Virus record (IMG/VR): IMGVR_UViG_3300001594_000003
Span: 1 to 64,000 of that record
From: a virus
Taxonomy: Duplodnaviria > Caudoviricetes
DNA: 64,000 nucleotides
Reading direction: 5' to 3' (one strand)
The translations under genes and the position numbers were made by a program. This document shows positions 47,770 through 58,059 of the stretch, in pieces. The notes under the pieces were generated by a model. It ran no database searches and had not been told where the DNA came from. It was given only the letters and a program-made list of their open reading frames with translations. Each line of letters opens with the position of its first letter. The first letter of the stretch is position 1.

Positions 47770-50700
47770 TGGAAAAGACAAACTTCGAAGGACTACAGCC
47801 TGAGATTTTCTACGCTCAGCCGTGGTTCGCCGATTTCATGGAAGTATACGCCCAGGTCTTGGATGACCGTATTCGTTACCCGATCTACCAGCTCGAAAAG
47901 ATTCGGGATATAACTGCGCAGAGTGACAGCTACGTCATCATGCAGACGTTGAAGCAGATCGGGTTTGACTTACCTACTGACTTCGTGCGCCATAACCTAA
48001 ACGTTCTGGCACAGTCGATCCCGATGTTGACGTTGTACGCTGAGCGCTCTGGTACGAACGACTATGCCCGCACAATGTCTTTCATATACGGACGAAGCAT
48101 CGACGCAACGACCTTGTATACGGAAGACTACGCCAATTTCTACACTCAACCGTATGGTCCACTCCAAGTAGATGGTGGTGAGTGGTATAAGACAACGCAC
48201 GTCGAACTCGGTATGCAGATGCTTGCCTCCGACTACTCGCTGCTGTTGCCTAGAAACAAGACCATCAAAGATCGCTTCTTGGAGGCGTTCTACGAGTTCG
48301 CCCCTTGGAACGTTGTTGTCGAGCGGTTCCACTTCAACGTGGATATCGAGATACCACTGTTCATTACGGGTCGCATCATCAAGCAACCTAAACGGTATAT
48401 CGACGTGGGTATCGGCGATCTGAAAGTAACCGACATGAAGATCATAGGTCCTGGTCAAGTCTACGAGTCCAGCATCCATGAGTACGAACTGTACGTGACC
48501 CTAGAGAATGGGTCAGGTTCTACCGTAGACGTGTTCCCGCGTCGCCCTCTGTTGGGTGTGGCGGGATTTGCTGCAAATGAGGCGGAACTCAAGACGTTCA
48601 CGGAACTGAGCAACTACGATCAGATTGTAAAGCTGACCGTTCCAGATAATCAGTACGGTTATCTGTGCTACCCAAAGTCCATGGGTCTCGCCACTTTCAC
48701 CGACACAAGCCTCGGTATCGAAGGTGGATGGGATGGTGCGTCCTGGCCTGAATTTGATGTGGGTGATCAGTACGGTCCGATTGTAGTCTCTCGCACTATC
48801 GGAGACACAACCTCAGACTGGTATTTGTATCGTACAGACTTCTCCGGTCTTGGTGAGGTTGAGTATGAAATCAAGTTCGACAATCCTGGGGTGGACGAGC
48901 ACGACACGGTAACGACTGGCAGTACAGACACCTACGTGACCCAGACAGTCCAAGTAAAAGGCAACTGGTCTAGTAACCGCACTGGTTTGGTTGATTGGAC
49001 TGACGGCTTCGCTTCGTTCGGCAACGTCGGGTTGGATACCTCGATGCTCATCTACGCCGAATACCAAGGCCGCAGCGTGTCGAAAGCAGTGCTGGTAAAA
49101 AACAACACCAGCAACGTTCGCAGCATTGAGATTGTCGGTCCAAGCTCTGTTCGTGCTATGGAGTCCGAAGCGTATCAAGTGATTGCACACACTGACTCTG
49201 GCGAAGAAGTAGCGGACGTCCCCATTAGCACCGTCAGTGTTTACGGTTATATGGAAGGAAATCTCCTGCACATATACCAGATCAACGAAGACAGCCCAGT
49301 GTATCTTCGTGCAGAGCTTGCCTTGCCTGACGGTCAAGTGCTGAAAGCCACGCGACGTATCGAAGCGCTCTATGTTGATCCAGAAGTGCATCTGGTTCAC
49401 CTTGAGATTACTGGACCTAGTGAGTTCTACGAGAACGAGCAGAAGCAATACCACTGCATCGCTCATTACTCAAATGGTACCTCCGAGGGTGTGCTCGCTG
49501 TTTGGAACTCTGGCTGCGCTGGTGTGTACATAACCCCAAGCGGCGAGTTGTTCAGCAGCACCACAGAGTCAGACCTGAACCTCAAACTGAAGGCAACACA
49601 CCAAAATCGCAATGTAACGCTAACCGCTGAACTTCCGGTTAAGTTCCGTCGCCGTGAGATAACAGTGACTCACACTGAAATCCTTGGGCCTAACACTGTG
49701 ATTGAATTGACCAAGAATCAGTTCCAGACAGTAGCTCGATTCAGTGACGGCAGTACAGGGGTTATCGAAGCGGAGTGGAGTTCGGATCGCTACTACATCA
49801 ATGATCGCGGTGAGTTGGAGGTCGGTTCTGTAGGTGCTACACCTATTCAGCTAACCGTTCGCTCGCGTGTTGATGGTCGTTTGGCGATCAAGCAAGTCAC
49901 CGCAATCAATACGCCCGTCACTCTGGACAACCTGCTCATCACAGGCCCTGATGATCTACGTGAAGGTGCAAGCGGTAAGTTTACTGCGTATGCTCACTAC
50001 TCTAACGGACGCGACATTGAAATCGCACCTGAGTGGTCTATCCGTGGTAATCCGAGTTGGGTTTCTATCGATGCTAACGGCCTGCTCTCGTTCAGTGATC
50101 CAGAAGACGGTATCATTGAAGTCTCCGCAGTGTATCGCGTAGCTGGTCGAGTTCTAACGCAAACCAAACCGCTGGTTCTCGTTCCGAAGACGCGCATCAT
50201 TCAAGGTCTTCTGGTAAGTGGACCTAACGAGGTGTTTGAGGGTGAGCGCATCTATCTGACCGGAACCGCAGTGTACAGCGACGGTAAGATTGAGACAGTG
50301 AGTCCGCTATGGTCTGTATCTTCGTCTGACCCGTTGAACGACCCAGAAGCCATGGCAGATATCGTGAGTCCTGGTGTATTGCAAGGACGTACCGTTTACG
50401 AAGACACCAAGGTCGTTGCAATCGCCCGATACTTCAAGGAGATTGCCGAGTTTGAAATCACGGTTAAACCCAAGATAGAGAACTCTCCAGATAAGCCTAT
50501 CTCCAGTCGTATCATCGGACCCGCTGCATTCTACAGCGATCAGCGCGGTAGTTACTCGCACATGATCCTGTTCGAGGAGTGCCCGGCAGAGCTTGCCGTT
50601 AGTAGTGACTGGTCGATTGACGTTGGGCCTGATGTTGCCGTTATCGATAACGCCGGCTTCTTGTGGTCAGTGAATGGTCGGAGCGCAGTTGTTACCGTGA

Positions 50701-51428
50701 CTTCCACCTACACTTGCGGTACGTACACGGTAGTCGATAGCTTCCTAGTCAACATCCTGGGACAAGCCGACGTACTTAAGGAATTGCTCATCATCGGACC
50801 TGACGCGGTTATCGGCGATCAGCAGACTCTGTACACTGCCGAACTGTTCAAGACAGGTGAGGTAGTAGAGCCTGGTAAGGGATTGACCGTAGCTGCTGAG
50901 TGGAGCATCGTGAACCCTGACGGTCGTGTCGCTGTTAACGGTAGCGGTCAAGTGTATGTTGTAGACGCATCCAGCTCGTTTACCTTTATCTTGAAGGCCA
51001 TGTACCAAGAAGGATTTGAGAAGGTAGAAGCGACCAAGGAAATCAACGTCATCCGCAACGCGCGACCTATATTCGGTGTTGGGCCAATCGGAGTTCGTAA
51101 CGATCCCGAAATCGCAGACTACTTAGACAAAGAGCTTCCTACGGTAGCTTCTGGTCAGCGATTCACCTTGACTGCCGGCTCAGGTCAGTATATGTACTTC
51201 TGCTACCCTGCCAGTTTGGGTCTCGCCGAGTTCATCGATACTGCATCGCAGTTTATCGGCGGATGGGATGGCGCGTCCTGGCCTGATGACGGTTCAGTCG
51301 GTGATCAAATGGGGCCGATCGCTATTCAGCGTACCAATGAACTCGGTATTTCTTCCACGTGGTATCTGTATCGTACGGACTTTGACGGGATCGGTACCTA
51401 TACTTACGAAGTGACATTCGGACATTAA
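47769..51428 (+). CDS. Baseplate wedge (gp7/P2 I-like N-terminus) fused to about 8 Ig repeats and two GGWDGASWP domains
   Basis: LKQIGFD..Y.ERSGT N-terminal motif; I.GP repeats; position after the J-like gene. Confidence 0.75.
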   Translation: MEKTNFEGLQPEIFYAQPWFADFMEVYAQVLDDRIRYPIYQLEKIRDITAQSDSYVIMQTLKQIGFDLPTDFVRHNLNVLAQSIPMLTLYAERSGTNDYARTMSFIYGRSIDATTLYTEDYANFYTQPYGPLQVDGGEWYKTTHVELGMQMLASDYSLLLPRNKTIKDRFLEAFYEFAPWNVVVERFHFNVDIEIPLFITGRIIKQPKRYIDVGIGDLKVTDMKIIGPGQVYESSIHEYELYVTLENGSGSTVDVFPRRPLLGVAGFAANEAELKTFTELSNYDQIVKLTVPDNQYGYLCYPKSMGLATFTDTSLGIEGGWDGASWPEFDVGDQYGPIVVSRTIGDTTSDWYLYRTDFSGLGEVEYEIKFDNPGVDEHDTVTTGSTDTYVTQTVQVKGNWSSNRTGLVDWTDGFASFGNVGLDTSMLIYAEYQGRSVSKAVLVKNNTSNVRSIEIVGPSSVRAMESEAYQVIAHTDSGEEVADVPISTVSVYGYMEGNLLHIYQINEDSPVYLRAELALPDGQVLKATRRIEALYVDPEVHLVHLEITGPSEFYENEQKQYHCIAHYSNGTSEGVLAVWNSGCAGVYITPSGELFSSTTESDLNLKLKATHQNRNVTLTAELPVKFRRREITVTHTEILGPNTVIELTKNQFQTVARFSDGSTGVIEAEWSSDRYYINDRGELEVGSVGATPIQLTVRSRVDGRLAIKQVTAINTPVTLDNLLITGPDDLREGASGKFTAYAHYSNGRDIEIAPEWSIRGNPSWVSIDANGLLSFSDPEDGIIEVSAVYRVAGRVLTQTKPLVLVPKTRIIQGLLVSGPNEVFEGERIYLTGTAVYSDGKIETVSPLWSVSSSDPLNDPEAMADIVSPGVLQGRTVYEDTKVVAIARYFKEIAEFEITVKPKIENSPDKPISSRIIGPAAFYSDQRGSYSHMILFEECPAELAVSSDWSIDVGPDVAVIDNAGFLWSVNGRSAVVTVTSTYTCGTYTVVDSFLVNILGQADVLKELLIIGPDAVIGDQQTLYTAELFKTGEVVEPGKGLTVAAEWSIVNPDGRVAVNGSGQVYVVDASSSFTFILKAMYQEGFEKVEATKEINVIRNARPIFGVGPIGVRNDPEIADYLDKELPTVASGQRFTLTAGSGQYMYFCYPASLGLAEFIDTASQFIGGWDGASWPDDGSVGDQMGPIAIQRTNELGISSTWYLYRTDFDGIGTYTYEVTFGH

Positions 51429-51437
51429 GGAAACACA

Positions 51438-51680
51438 ATGAACATCAAGATGCCAAGCGGCCGTACAGTAGTAAACCCATTCGCACAGGATGAGAAGCCG
51501 CAACAAGTAGTAGCTTCCGCTGATGGCCAAGAAGTTGCCGTAGCCTCTGTTGACAACTCCAACGAAGGCGTGTGCCCGAAGTGTCGCGGTAGTATGGGTA
51601 CTGGGATCATCCCACAGGGTCAAGTTTACTACTGCACAGGTTGTCGTGTGACTACGCCAATCCCGGAAGATGGAGTGTAA
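51438..51680 (+). CDS. Small Zn-ribbon protein
   Basis: CPKC...CTGC; AAGGA RBS. Confidence 0.7.
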   Translation: MNIKMPSGRTVVNPFAQDEKPQQVVASADGQEVAVASVDNSNEGVCPKCRGSMGTGIIPQGQVYYCTGCRVTTPIPEDGV

Positions 51681-51683
51681 CTC

Positions 51684-53996
51684 ATGGCAGCAGAAGTCCT
51701 TGAACTATCCGACGTTGGCCTTAAGGCAATCAACAACGCATCGGCTGGTGGACAACTGGTAGACGCCACGTTCTTCAAGATCGGCGATTCGGCCAGCAGC
51801 CCACAGAAGCGCGATATGACTGATATCCTCGGACAGACTCTGTTCGAGGGCAGCATTCACCATGTTGAAGTTTTGAACAAAAATACGGCGCGCTTCGTGT
51901 TTGAAGTACCTGGCTATCAGGTTGTAGAAGACACGGAGATTAAGGAAATCGCCGTGTACCTGAGTAACCACGTTAATCTTGGTCGCGCGGTATTCAAAGC
52001 ACCGCTCATCCTGATCAAAGGCGAGACTACTCGATTCAACTGTCTGCTGGTTACGAACCGTTGTGACTTGACCACAATCAATGTCACATTCGGGGATTAC
52101 TCCTCGATACCGATGACTCCGTTCTTGCACCAGTTGCAAGCACCGAGTGAGAGTTCGTTCAACGCTGTGACGGTACTGGACGGACAGCAGAATGGCGACG
52201 GTTCCACCTCGCCTGTTCTAGCAATGCGATACGGAGCTGGCAGCTTTCAGTGGGCATTCAGTAATCACACTCGAATCTACTTCGGTAAGCCCACTGCTGC
52301 CACTTCGACCACAGTGACGGTCGATGGACTGGAGCTTGAAGAAAACGAACTGCTCATCGGGCACATCGTTTCAGGTAACGGCATGGGTCGCACACGTCGC
52401 TTCCGTTTTACCAACAACAAGTTGGTTGAAGCAGACAGCAAGCCCATTAGTGGACTCGATGCGCAGTCTACTATCGCTCTGTGGCGACTGAGTTCTGGTG
52501 CTGGTGCTATCGGCGGTGCATGCCCGTATCCACCTAATCCGAAAGGCGTTCCTAGTGACTGGGTACTGACTCGCGGCTTCGGTGAGTGTCCGCAGTGGGC
52601 CCCTCCGAAAGGCGGTGGCGGTAACGTCAGTACGCTCTACCAAGCACCCAGTAAGCTCGTTATGTCGAGTGTGAACTTCACGGGCACTGGCGACGATGCG
52701 CGGTTTACGTTCGGTGCGCTGAACATCGAGAACGTCAACTACATTCAACCTGCTCTAGGTGGCGTACAGCAGCATCGAAGCGCATTCGATATGCAAGGTA
52801 ACGAAATCGAGTTCGTGGAGAAGATCAGCCCGGATATTCCTGTTGATCTTCGGATGTTCACTCGCATACCGTCAAACGGAAGCCGGTTGATTATCAAGAC
52901 GGACTACTTCGTCGGTGATGGTCAGCGTCAGTCGTTCAAGTTGAGTCAGAAGGTAGAGAACGCCAACTACATCAAGGCGTATATACGCGGTACTCGCCAG
53001 AGTCTTACCACGTATACCTACGATGAAGCGACTCAAACCCTGACGTTCGTGTCTCCGATACCAGAAGGGATCGACGTTGAACTGCGCAGTTTCCGAGTCG
53101 AGGACTACGAAGGCTACAGCACGGTAATCACTACCGCGACCACGACAACAAGCGACGATACGTTGTTCCTTGAACTGCCAGTTACGCCGCAGTCTATCGA
53201 ACAAGTGGAAATCAGCCAGAGCGGTTCCCATATTCACGGCAACCTGTACACGATGGTAGACAACAAGATCATTCTTGCGGGACCCATCCGCAAAGGTCTT
53301 GAAGTCGAAATCACCATCTACGACAACGTGATATCCCAAGGCAGTTCCACTACGAACCTGTCTGGTGTAGTTACTGATGCCGTGTTGACCGGACGTAGCT
53401 TGAAGCTGTTGCGTCATAACGCGAAGCCGATCAGCTTGCCTATCCCAGGTGTTCATCTGGAACAAGGTCCCGGCATACGCATTACTGGCGAACATCCGTT
53501 CTACCGTATCGAGTCTACGATCAGCGAACAACTCACAGACGAGAAACTGAACTTCAAGTTCTCGGACACTCGCGTATCCCGCGATTCCAGTGAGATTCTG
53601 TTCACACACCGTATCAACCTGTCGCAAGACGTGATGGTTCAGGTGTACGCTGATTTCGGCGCAGTGTTGGGTCCTGGATTCCAGTCGCTCGAAGGTCTGG
53701 AGATTATGGAGTTCGTTGTAGGCTTCCGCTCTAGCAAGTCGCGTGAACCTGACTACGGCCGTCAGATCGCTGGTACCAATGTTGCAGGATTCAGTTCGCT
53801 TGCCGGCGATAAGAACGAACGTGCCTACAGTAACGCTTCGATGAGTCAGGTATACGATGTGATTGCAGACAACCATGCCGCCGGTTATATCGACGTTGTG
53901 GTCAAGATGCGTGTGCAGAATGCCAACATTTCGCAGTACGGATCGCTGCTAAGCCTGAACGTCAACATCATCGGAACTCCGAAGATTAAGCGATGA
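51684..53996 (+). CDS. Tail fibre / baseplate fibre-attachment protein
   Basis: P2 gpH-like N-terminus (LSDVG...FFKIGD...IKEIAVY) and FTG.G/FVGDG...F.L repeats. Confidence 0.7.
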   Translation: MAAEVLELSDVGLKAINNASAGGQLVDATFFKIGDSASSPQKRDMTDILGQTLFEGSIHHVEVLNKNTARFVFEVPGYQVVEDTEIKEIAVYLSNHVNLGRAVFKAPLILIKGETTRFNCLLVTNRCDLTTINVTFGDYSSIPMTPFLHQLQAPSESSFNAVTVLDGQQNGDGSTSPVLAMRYGAGSFQWAFSNHTRIYFGKPTAATSTTVTVDGLELEENELLIGHIVSGNGMGRTRRFRFTNNKLVEADSKPISGLDAQSTIALWRLSSGAGAIGGACPYPPNPKGVPSDWVLTRGFGECPQWAPPKGGGGNVSTLYQAPSKLVMSSVNFTGTGDDARFTFGALNIENVNYIQPALGGVQQHRSAFDMQGNEIEFVEKISPDIPVDLRMFTRIPSNGSRLIIKTDYFVGDGQRQSFKLSQKVENANYIKAYIRGTRQSLTTYTYDEATQTLTFVSPIPEGIDVELRSFRVEDYEGYSTVITTATTTTSDDTLFLELPVTPQSIEQVEISQSGSHIHGNLYTMVDNKIILAGPIRKGLEVEITIYDNVISQGSSTTNLSGVVTDAVLTGRSLKLLRHNAKPISLPIPGVHLEQGPGIRITGEHPFYRIESTISEQLTDEKLNFKFSDTRVSRDSSEILFTHRINLSQDVMVQVYADFGAVLGPGFQSLEGLEIMEFVVGFRSSKSREPDYGRQIAGTNVAGFSSLAGDKNERAYSNASMSQVYDVIADNHAAGYIDVVVKMRVQNANISQYGSLLSLNVNIIGTPKIKR

Positions 53997-54475
53997 CAGA
54001 CCAGCCTGAAATCTTTTACGTTAGGGCAGATAAGACCTGGGGTAAGGCAACTGCTTTGCCTCAGGATGCCTACCAGATAACGGAAGAAACGTTCAATCTA
54101 CTGCAAGACAACGCGGACTGCCTGGACATTTCCATAGTCGACAGCACCCTTCATATCAGCGTTTCACTTATTTCCTATAAGAGAAAAGCACTTCATCTAG
54201 TGGAGCTGACTGTCAGCAATTATCGCGCAGGTGAAGACCAGCTAGCTGATCTGCGGGATTGTGTAATAGCAGAGACCAGTTTCTTCGACAGTGCTAACGG
54301 CAACATATTGGATGCGGTTGAAGCAAAATCCCTATTCGCGTACTTTGTGAGCCGTCAGAACGAGTTGCGTCGCGTCGCATATGTGTACAGTGATCTGGTG
54401 CGTAAAGCCCAATCGCCGGAAGACGTAGACGCGGCACTTGAAAGTTTAGACCAGACTCTTAAAGGTATCCCATGA
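53993..54475 (+). CDS. Putative tail fibre assembly protein
   Basis: Follows the fibre gene; C-terminal A.S.EDVDA motif. Confidence 0.45.
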   Translation: MTDQPEIFYVRADKTWGKATALPQDAYQITEETFNLLQDNADCLDISIVDSTLHISVSLISYKRKALHLVELTVSNYRAGEDQLADLRDCVIAETSFFDSANGNILDAVEAKSLFAYFVSRQNELRRVAYVYSDLVRKAQSPEDVDAALESLDQTLKGIP

Positions 54476-55872
54476 GCGTAAACGGTGTGTCCGACTCTCC
54501 CTTGCTGGAGAGAGCAGTCTACGGAGATCAGTCAAGAGTGCCGATTGGCGCACCGGTGATTACCAACAAGAAGCAACTGAACTCCAAGGAAATTCAGCTT
54601 CTCATCACTGGAAACGATCTTACCGAGCCGCTGCTCAACCAGTTTGAAACGTTCGGCAATGATGGAAAAGAGGCGTATCGCAAGCCCGAAGAAAATGGGT
54701 TAGATTTTCGTGATCGCCAGAATCTAAACGATAGGCTCATAGCAGAATGGGCTTATGACAGAGACACCGGCGACCTAGTGCTGGTGCGTACAAACAAAGA
54801 AGAACTGCGCTTACCCGGATTCATGCGTCAAGATGACTTCGGCATAGGCGCTACAGGTCCACGCGGTCTTCCTGGGCGTGACGGCAAAGACGGCTTTGAT
54901 GGACGTGACGGCAAAGACGGTAATCCCGGGTGCGCTGGACCACAAGGTCCGGTTGGTAGCATGGGTACTTCTGGTCGAGAAGGTAACCCCGGAGTTATAG
55001 GCATCGAAGGTCCCGAAGGTTGCGAAGGTTCTACGGGCGATCGTGGTGTTATGGGTCCTCAAGGTCGTCCCGGTTTCGAAGGCTCACGTGGTCTGACTGG
55101 ACCTTCTTGTGGTGATGATAAGCAAGGCAGTGAAGGCGCACAAGGCGAAGAATTCGGCCTTGGTGTCATGTTCGGCCTTGCAGCGATGAATGATCGTCGC
55201 GTAGCCATAATGGGACTAGACGATGACGGTATCGACGCAGTTGCTCCACCTGGAGGATGGGGAGGTGCAACAATTCCTCCACCTACTTCCACACCTGCCG
55301 TACCGCCTCCACCGCCGCCTACAGGAACTGCCAAGGTAGACTTATGTACTAACCATGGTGATGTTAAGCAGTCTTGCGGTAATACAGTCAACGCTTGGTC
55401 GAGCACATGGGCAAACTATGATGGACCAAACGGTACAAAAGGTATTTCGAGTCTTCCGCGTCCTAACCAGATCGTGGAGTACATACCAGATAGTCTCGTT
55501 ATGTGCGGTACGTTGGCACCCAACGCTTCGTATCTGATCGAACTGACGACACCGCGGGGCGTAGCGTCTTCGTTGTTTGCCAACTGTTCTATTGTAGGAC
55601 AGACAGATTACCCAGGAGGCACTGCGAAGATTCGTCTGACACCTACGAAACCGACCAGCTTGCGTGTTCGTTATCTGTCGAACGCTGCGAAGATTCCGTT
55701 CTGGGTAGCGCTGCGCATTCTCAACGCGGATACGGGCGAAGTGCTGTATCGTACAGGTCAGAACGCATATAACTCAGGGTTGCAGCCCTCCAAGCCTTAC
55801 GATCCTAATGCAAACACGTACATGACCGATCCAAACTGGCGTGGTAACGCAACAGTCAAGCATTACAACTAA
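54472..55872 (+). CDS. Collagen-like fibre protein 1 (about 29 Gly-X-Y triplets, globular C-terminal domain)
   Basis: Gly-X-Y run, Pro linker, beta-rich C-terminus. Confidence 0.88.
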   Translation: MSVNGVSDSPLLERAVYGDQSRVPIGAPVITNKKQLNSKEIQLLITGNDLTEPLLNQFETFGNDGKEAYRKPEENGLDFRDRQNLNDRLIAEWAYDRDTGDLVLVRTNKEELRLPGFMRQDDFGIGATGPRGLPGRDGKDGFDGRDGKDGNPGCAGPQGPVGSMGTSGREGNPGVIGIEGPEGCEGSTGDRGVMGPQGRPGFEGSRGLTGPSCGDDKQGSEGAQGEEFGLGVMFGLAAMNDRRVAIMGLDDDGIDAVAPPGGWGGATIPPPTSTPAVPPPPPPTGTAKVDLCTNHGDVKQSCGNTVNAWSSTWANYDGPNGTKGISSLPRPNQIVEYIPDSLVMCGTLAPNASYLIELTTPRGVASSLFANCSIVGQTDYPGGTAKIRLTPTKPTSLRVRYLSNAAKIPFWVALRILNADTGEVLYRTGQNAYNSGLQPSKPYDPNANTYMTDPNWRGNATVKHYN

Positions 55873-55878
55873 GGTTGA

Positions 55879-56568
<690 letters not shown>

Positions 56569-56610
56569 GACAGTACCAATGAACTAATGGGCCAACTAAT
56601 AGTAACAATA

Positions 56611-56652
56611 CTAATTTATGTGTACGCAAATAGGAGACGTACACATGATTAG
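56611..56652 (+). promoter_or_regulatory. CTAATTTA motif plus a hairpin hiding the HNH RBS and ATG
   Basis: ATGTGTACG (56618-26) and CGTACACAT (56638-46) form a perfect inverted repeat with AGGAGA in the loop. Confidence 0.75.
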
Positions 56653-57508
56653 AGCTAAGCATTTGAAGTCTAAAAAAGAACGTAACTTTGGCCGAACTAT
56701 ATTCGATATGGATATAGACTTTTGGAAGAAGTTGAAACTACAGTCTGGCCCATTAAAAACACCATGTTGGATTTATACCCACACGACATTTAAAAATGGA
56801 TATGGTCGTGTGTATAAACAACTGTTCAGAACCCGTATATCGAAAGCCCATAGGTATGCGTTCATACTGATAAACGGTTTACCTGAAGGCTTGGTTTGCC
56901 ATAAGTGTGACGTTAAGTTATGTTGTAATCCAAGCCATCTCTACGACGGTACCCATGCGCAGAACATGCGAGACGTTGTGAAACGTAAAACAGCACCTAG
57001 CGGCACGGATCATTTTCGCTCTGTATTGACCGAAAAACAAGTGGCAAATATTCGAATGTTGGATGCACACATACCAAGAATACACGTTACCTTGATGTGC
57101 CAGTTATACAAAATTTCCAAGCAAACCTTCTTTCGCATACGTAGGTGTGAAAAGTACCCAGATGTGTCCGCATCGGAATTCGATCAAAAACTTATCGATA
57201 AGTATAACGATCGGCTTCGTAAGTATGTGAATGATCTACGGGACACGCAAGGTGCGAGAAAAGAGGTTTCCGATACGGTTTGGATATTTCGACACGACCT
57301 GGACAGGCAAGTTTGTTTCTACCATCACAAAGTTCTCGGCTGTACGCAACAGGCTACCGCTGATTATTTTGCATGTTCCAGAAACGCAGTGCGAAATGCC
57401 CTAAATACCGTTCGTAAAAATGGGCTACCTGTTTTAACGTTTGAACAGTATAAACAAGCTGCGCGGGACTATGAAAAGTTTCGTCCAGAAGCAATGAAGT
57501 CTGCTTAA
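56645..57508 (+). mobile_element. Free-standing HNH homing endonuclease gene
   Basis: PCWIY..NGYG..AHRYAF..VCHKCD..CCNPSHL..GT..QNM.D; AT-richer than its neighbours; inserted between collagen genes. Confidence 0.85.
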
Positions 57509-57524
57509 AACACAGGATTAACCT

Positions 57525-58046
57525 ATGTCAGGTTTAACAAGAATCCCAGTTCGTATGTTGTCAGCTAAAGGTAAAGCTGGCAGTGACGTTCGATTTGACG
57601 GTACGAACGTAGTTCTCTCGTCAGAGACAGAAGATACAAACGATTACGGTGTTAGTGGTGGTAGATATGATGCGACCACAGGCACTATCACTCTCATGCT
57701 ACGTAACGGCGCTCAGCTTGATCTAACAGGCTTTATGACGCAAGGTGAGATCGGTGTTGGTCCGCCTGGTCCTACAGGCCCTGCCGGTCGCGATGGGCGT
57801 GACGGGCTAAATGGTGTTGATGGTGAAAAGGGAGCTACTGGTTGTCAAGGTCCTGCAGGTCCTCCTGGACGTCAAGGTCCTCGAGGCGAACAAGGCATAC
57901 CAGGACCAACAGGACAGAAGGGTGCCACTGGCCCAACAGGTCCAAAAGGCGAAGACGGCATAGTCACCATCTTCATACAGAGCGAAGACCCTGTTCAGAA
58001 GTCTGCTCAATTCGTAGTCCCTGGGGCGTTGTGGGTCAAGCCGTAA
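57525..58046 (+). CDS. Collagen-like fibre protein 3 (about 23 triplets)
   Basis: Gly-X-Y run; tip [14 protein letters not shown]. Confidence 0.88.
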   Translation: MSGLTRIPVRMLSAKGKAGSDVRFDGTNVVLSSETEDTNDYGVSGGRYDATTGTITLMLRNGAQLDLTGFMTQGEIGVGPPGPTGPAGRDGRDGLNGVDGEKGATGCQGPAGPPGRQGPRGEQGIPGPTGQKGATGPTGPKGEDGIVTIFIQSEDPVQKSAQFVVPGALWVKP

Positions 58047-58059
58047 TAGGAGTGAAGCG

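Noticed and set aside
43243-51284. Diversity-generating retroelement suggested by near-identical short repeats in fibre genes
   Set aside because: Identity is only about 21 nt within a conserved Trp/Gly motif, there is no adenine-specific mismatch pattern, and no reverse transcriptase is present.
56569-57524. Possible group I intron splitting a collagen gene
   Set aside because: Both flanking genes are complete, each with its own paralogous N-terminus and stop, and there is almost no non-coding sequence for a ribozyme core. The HNH is free-standing.
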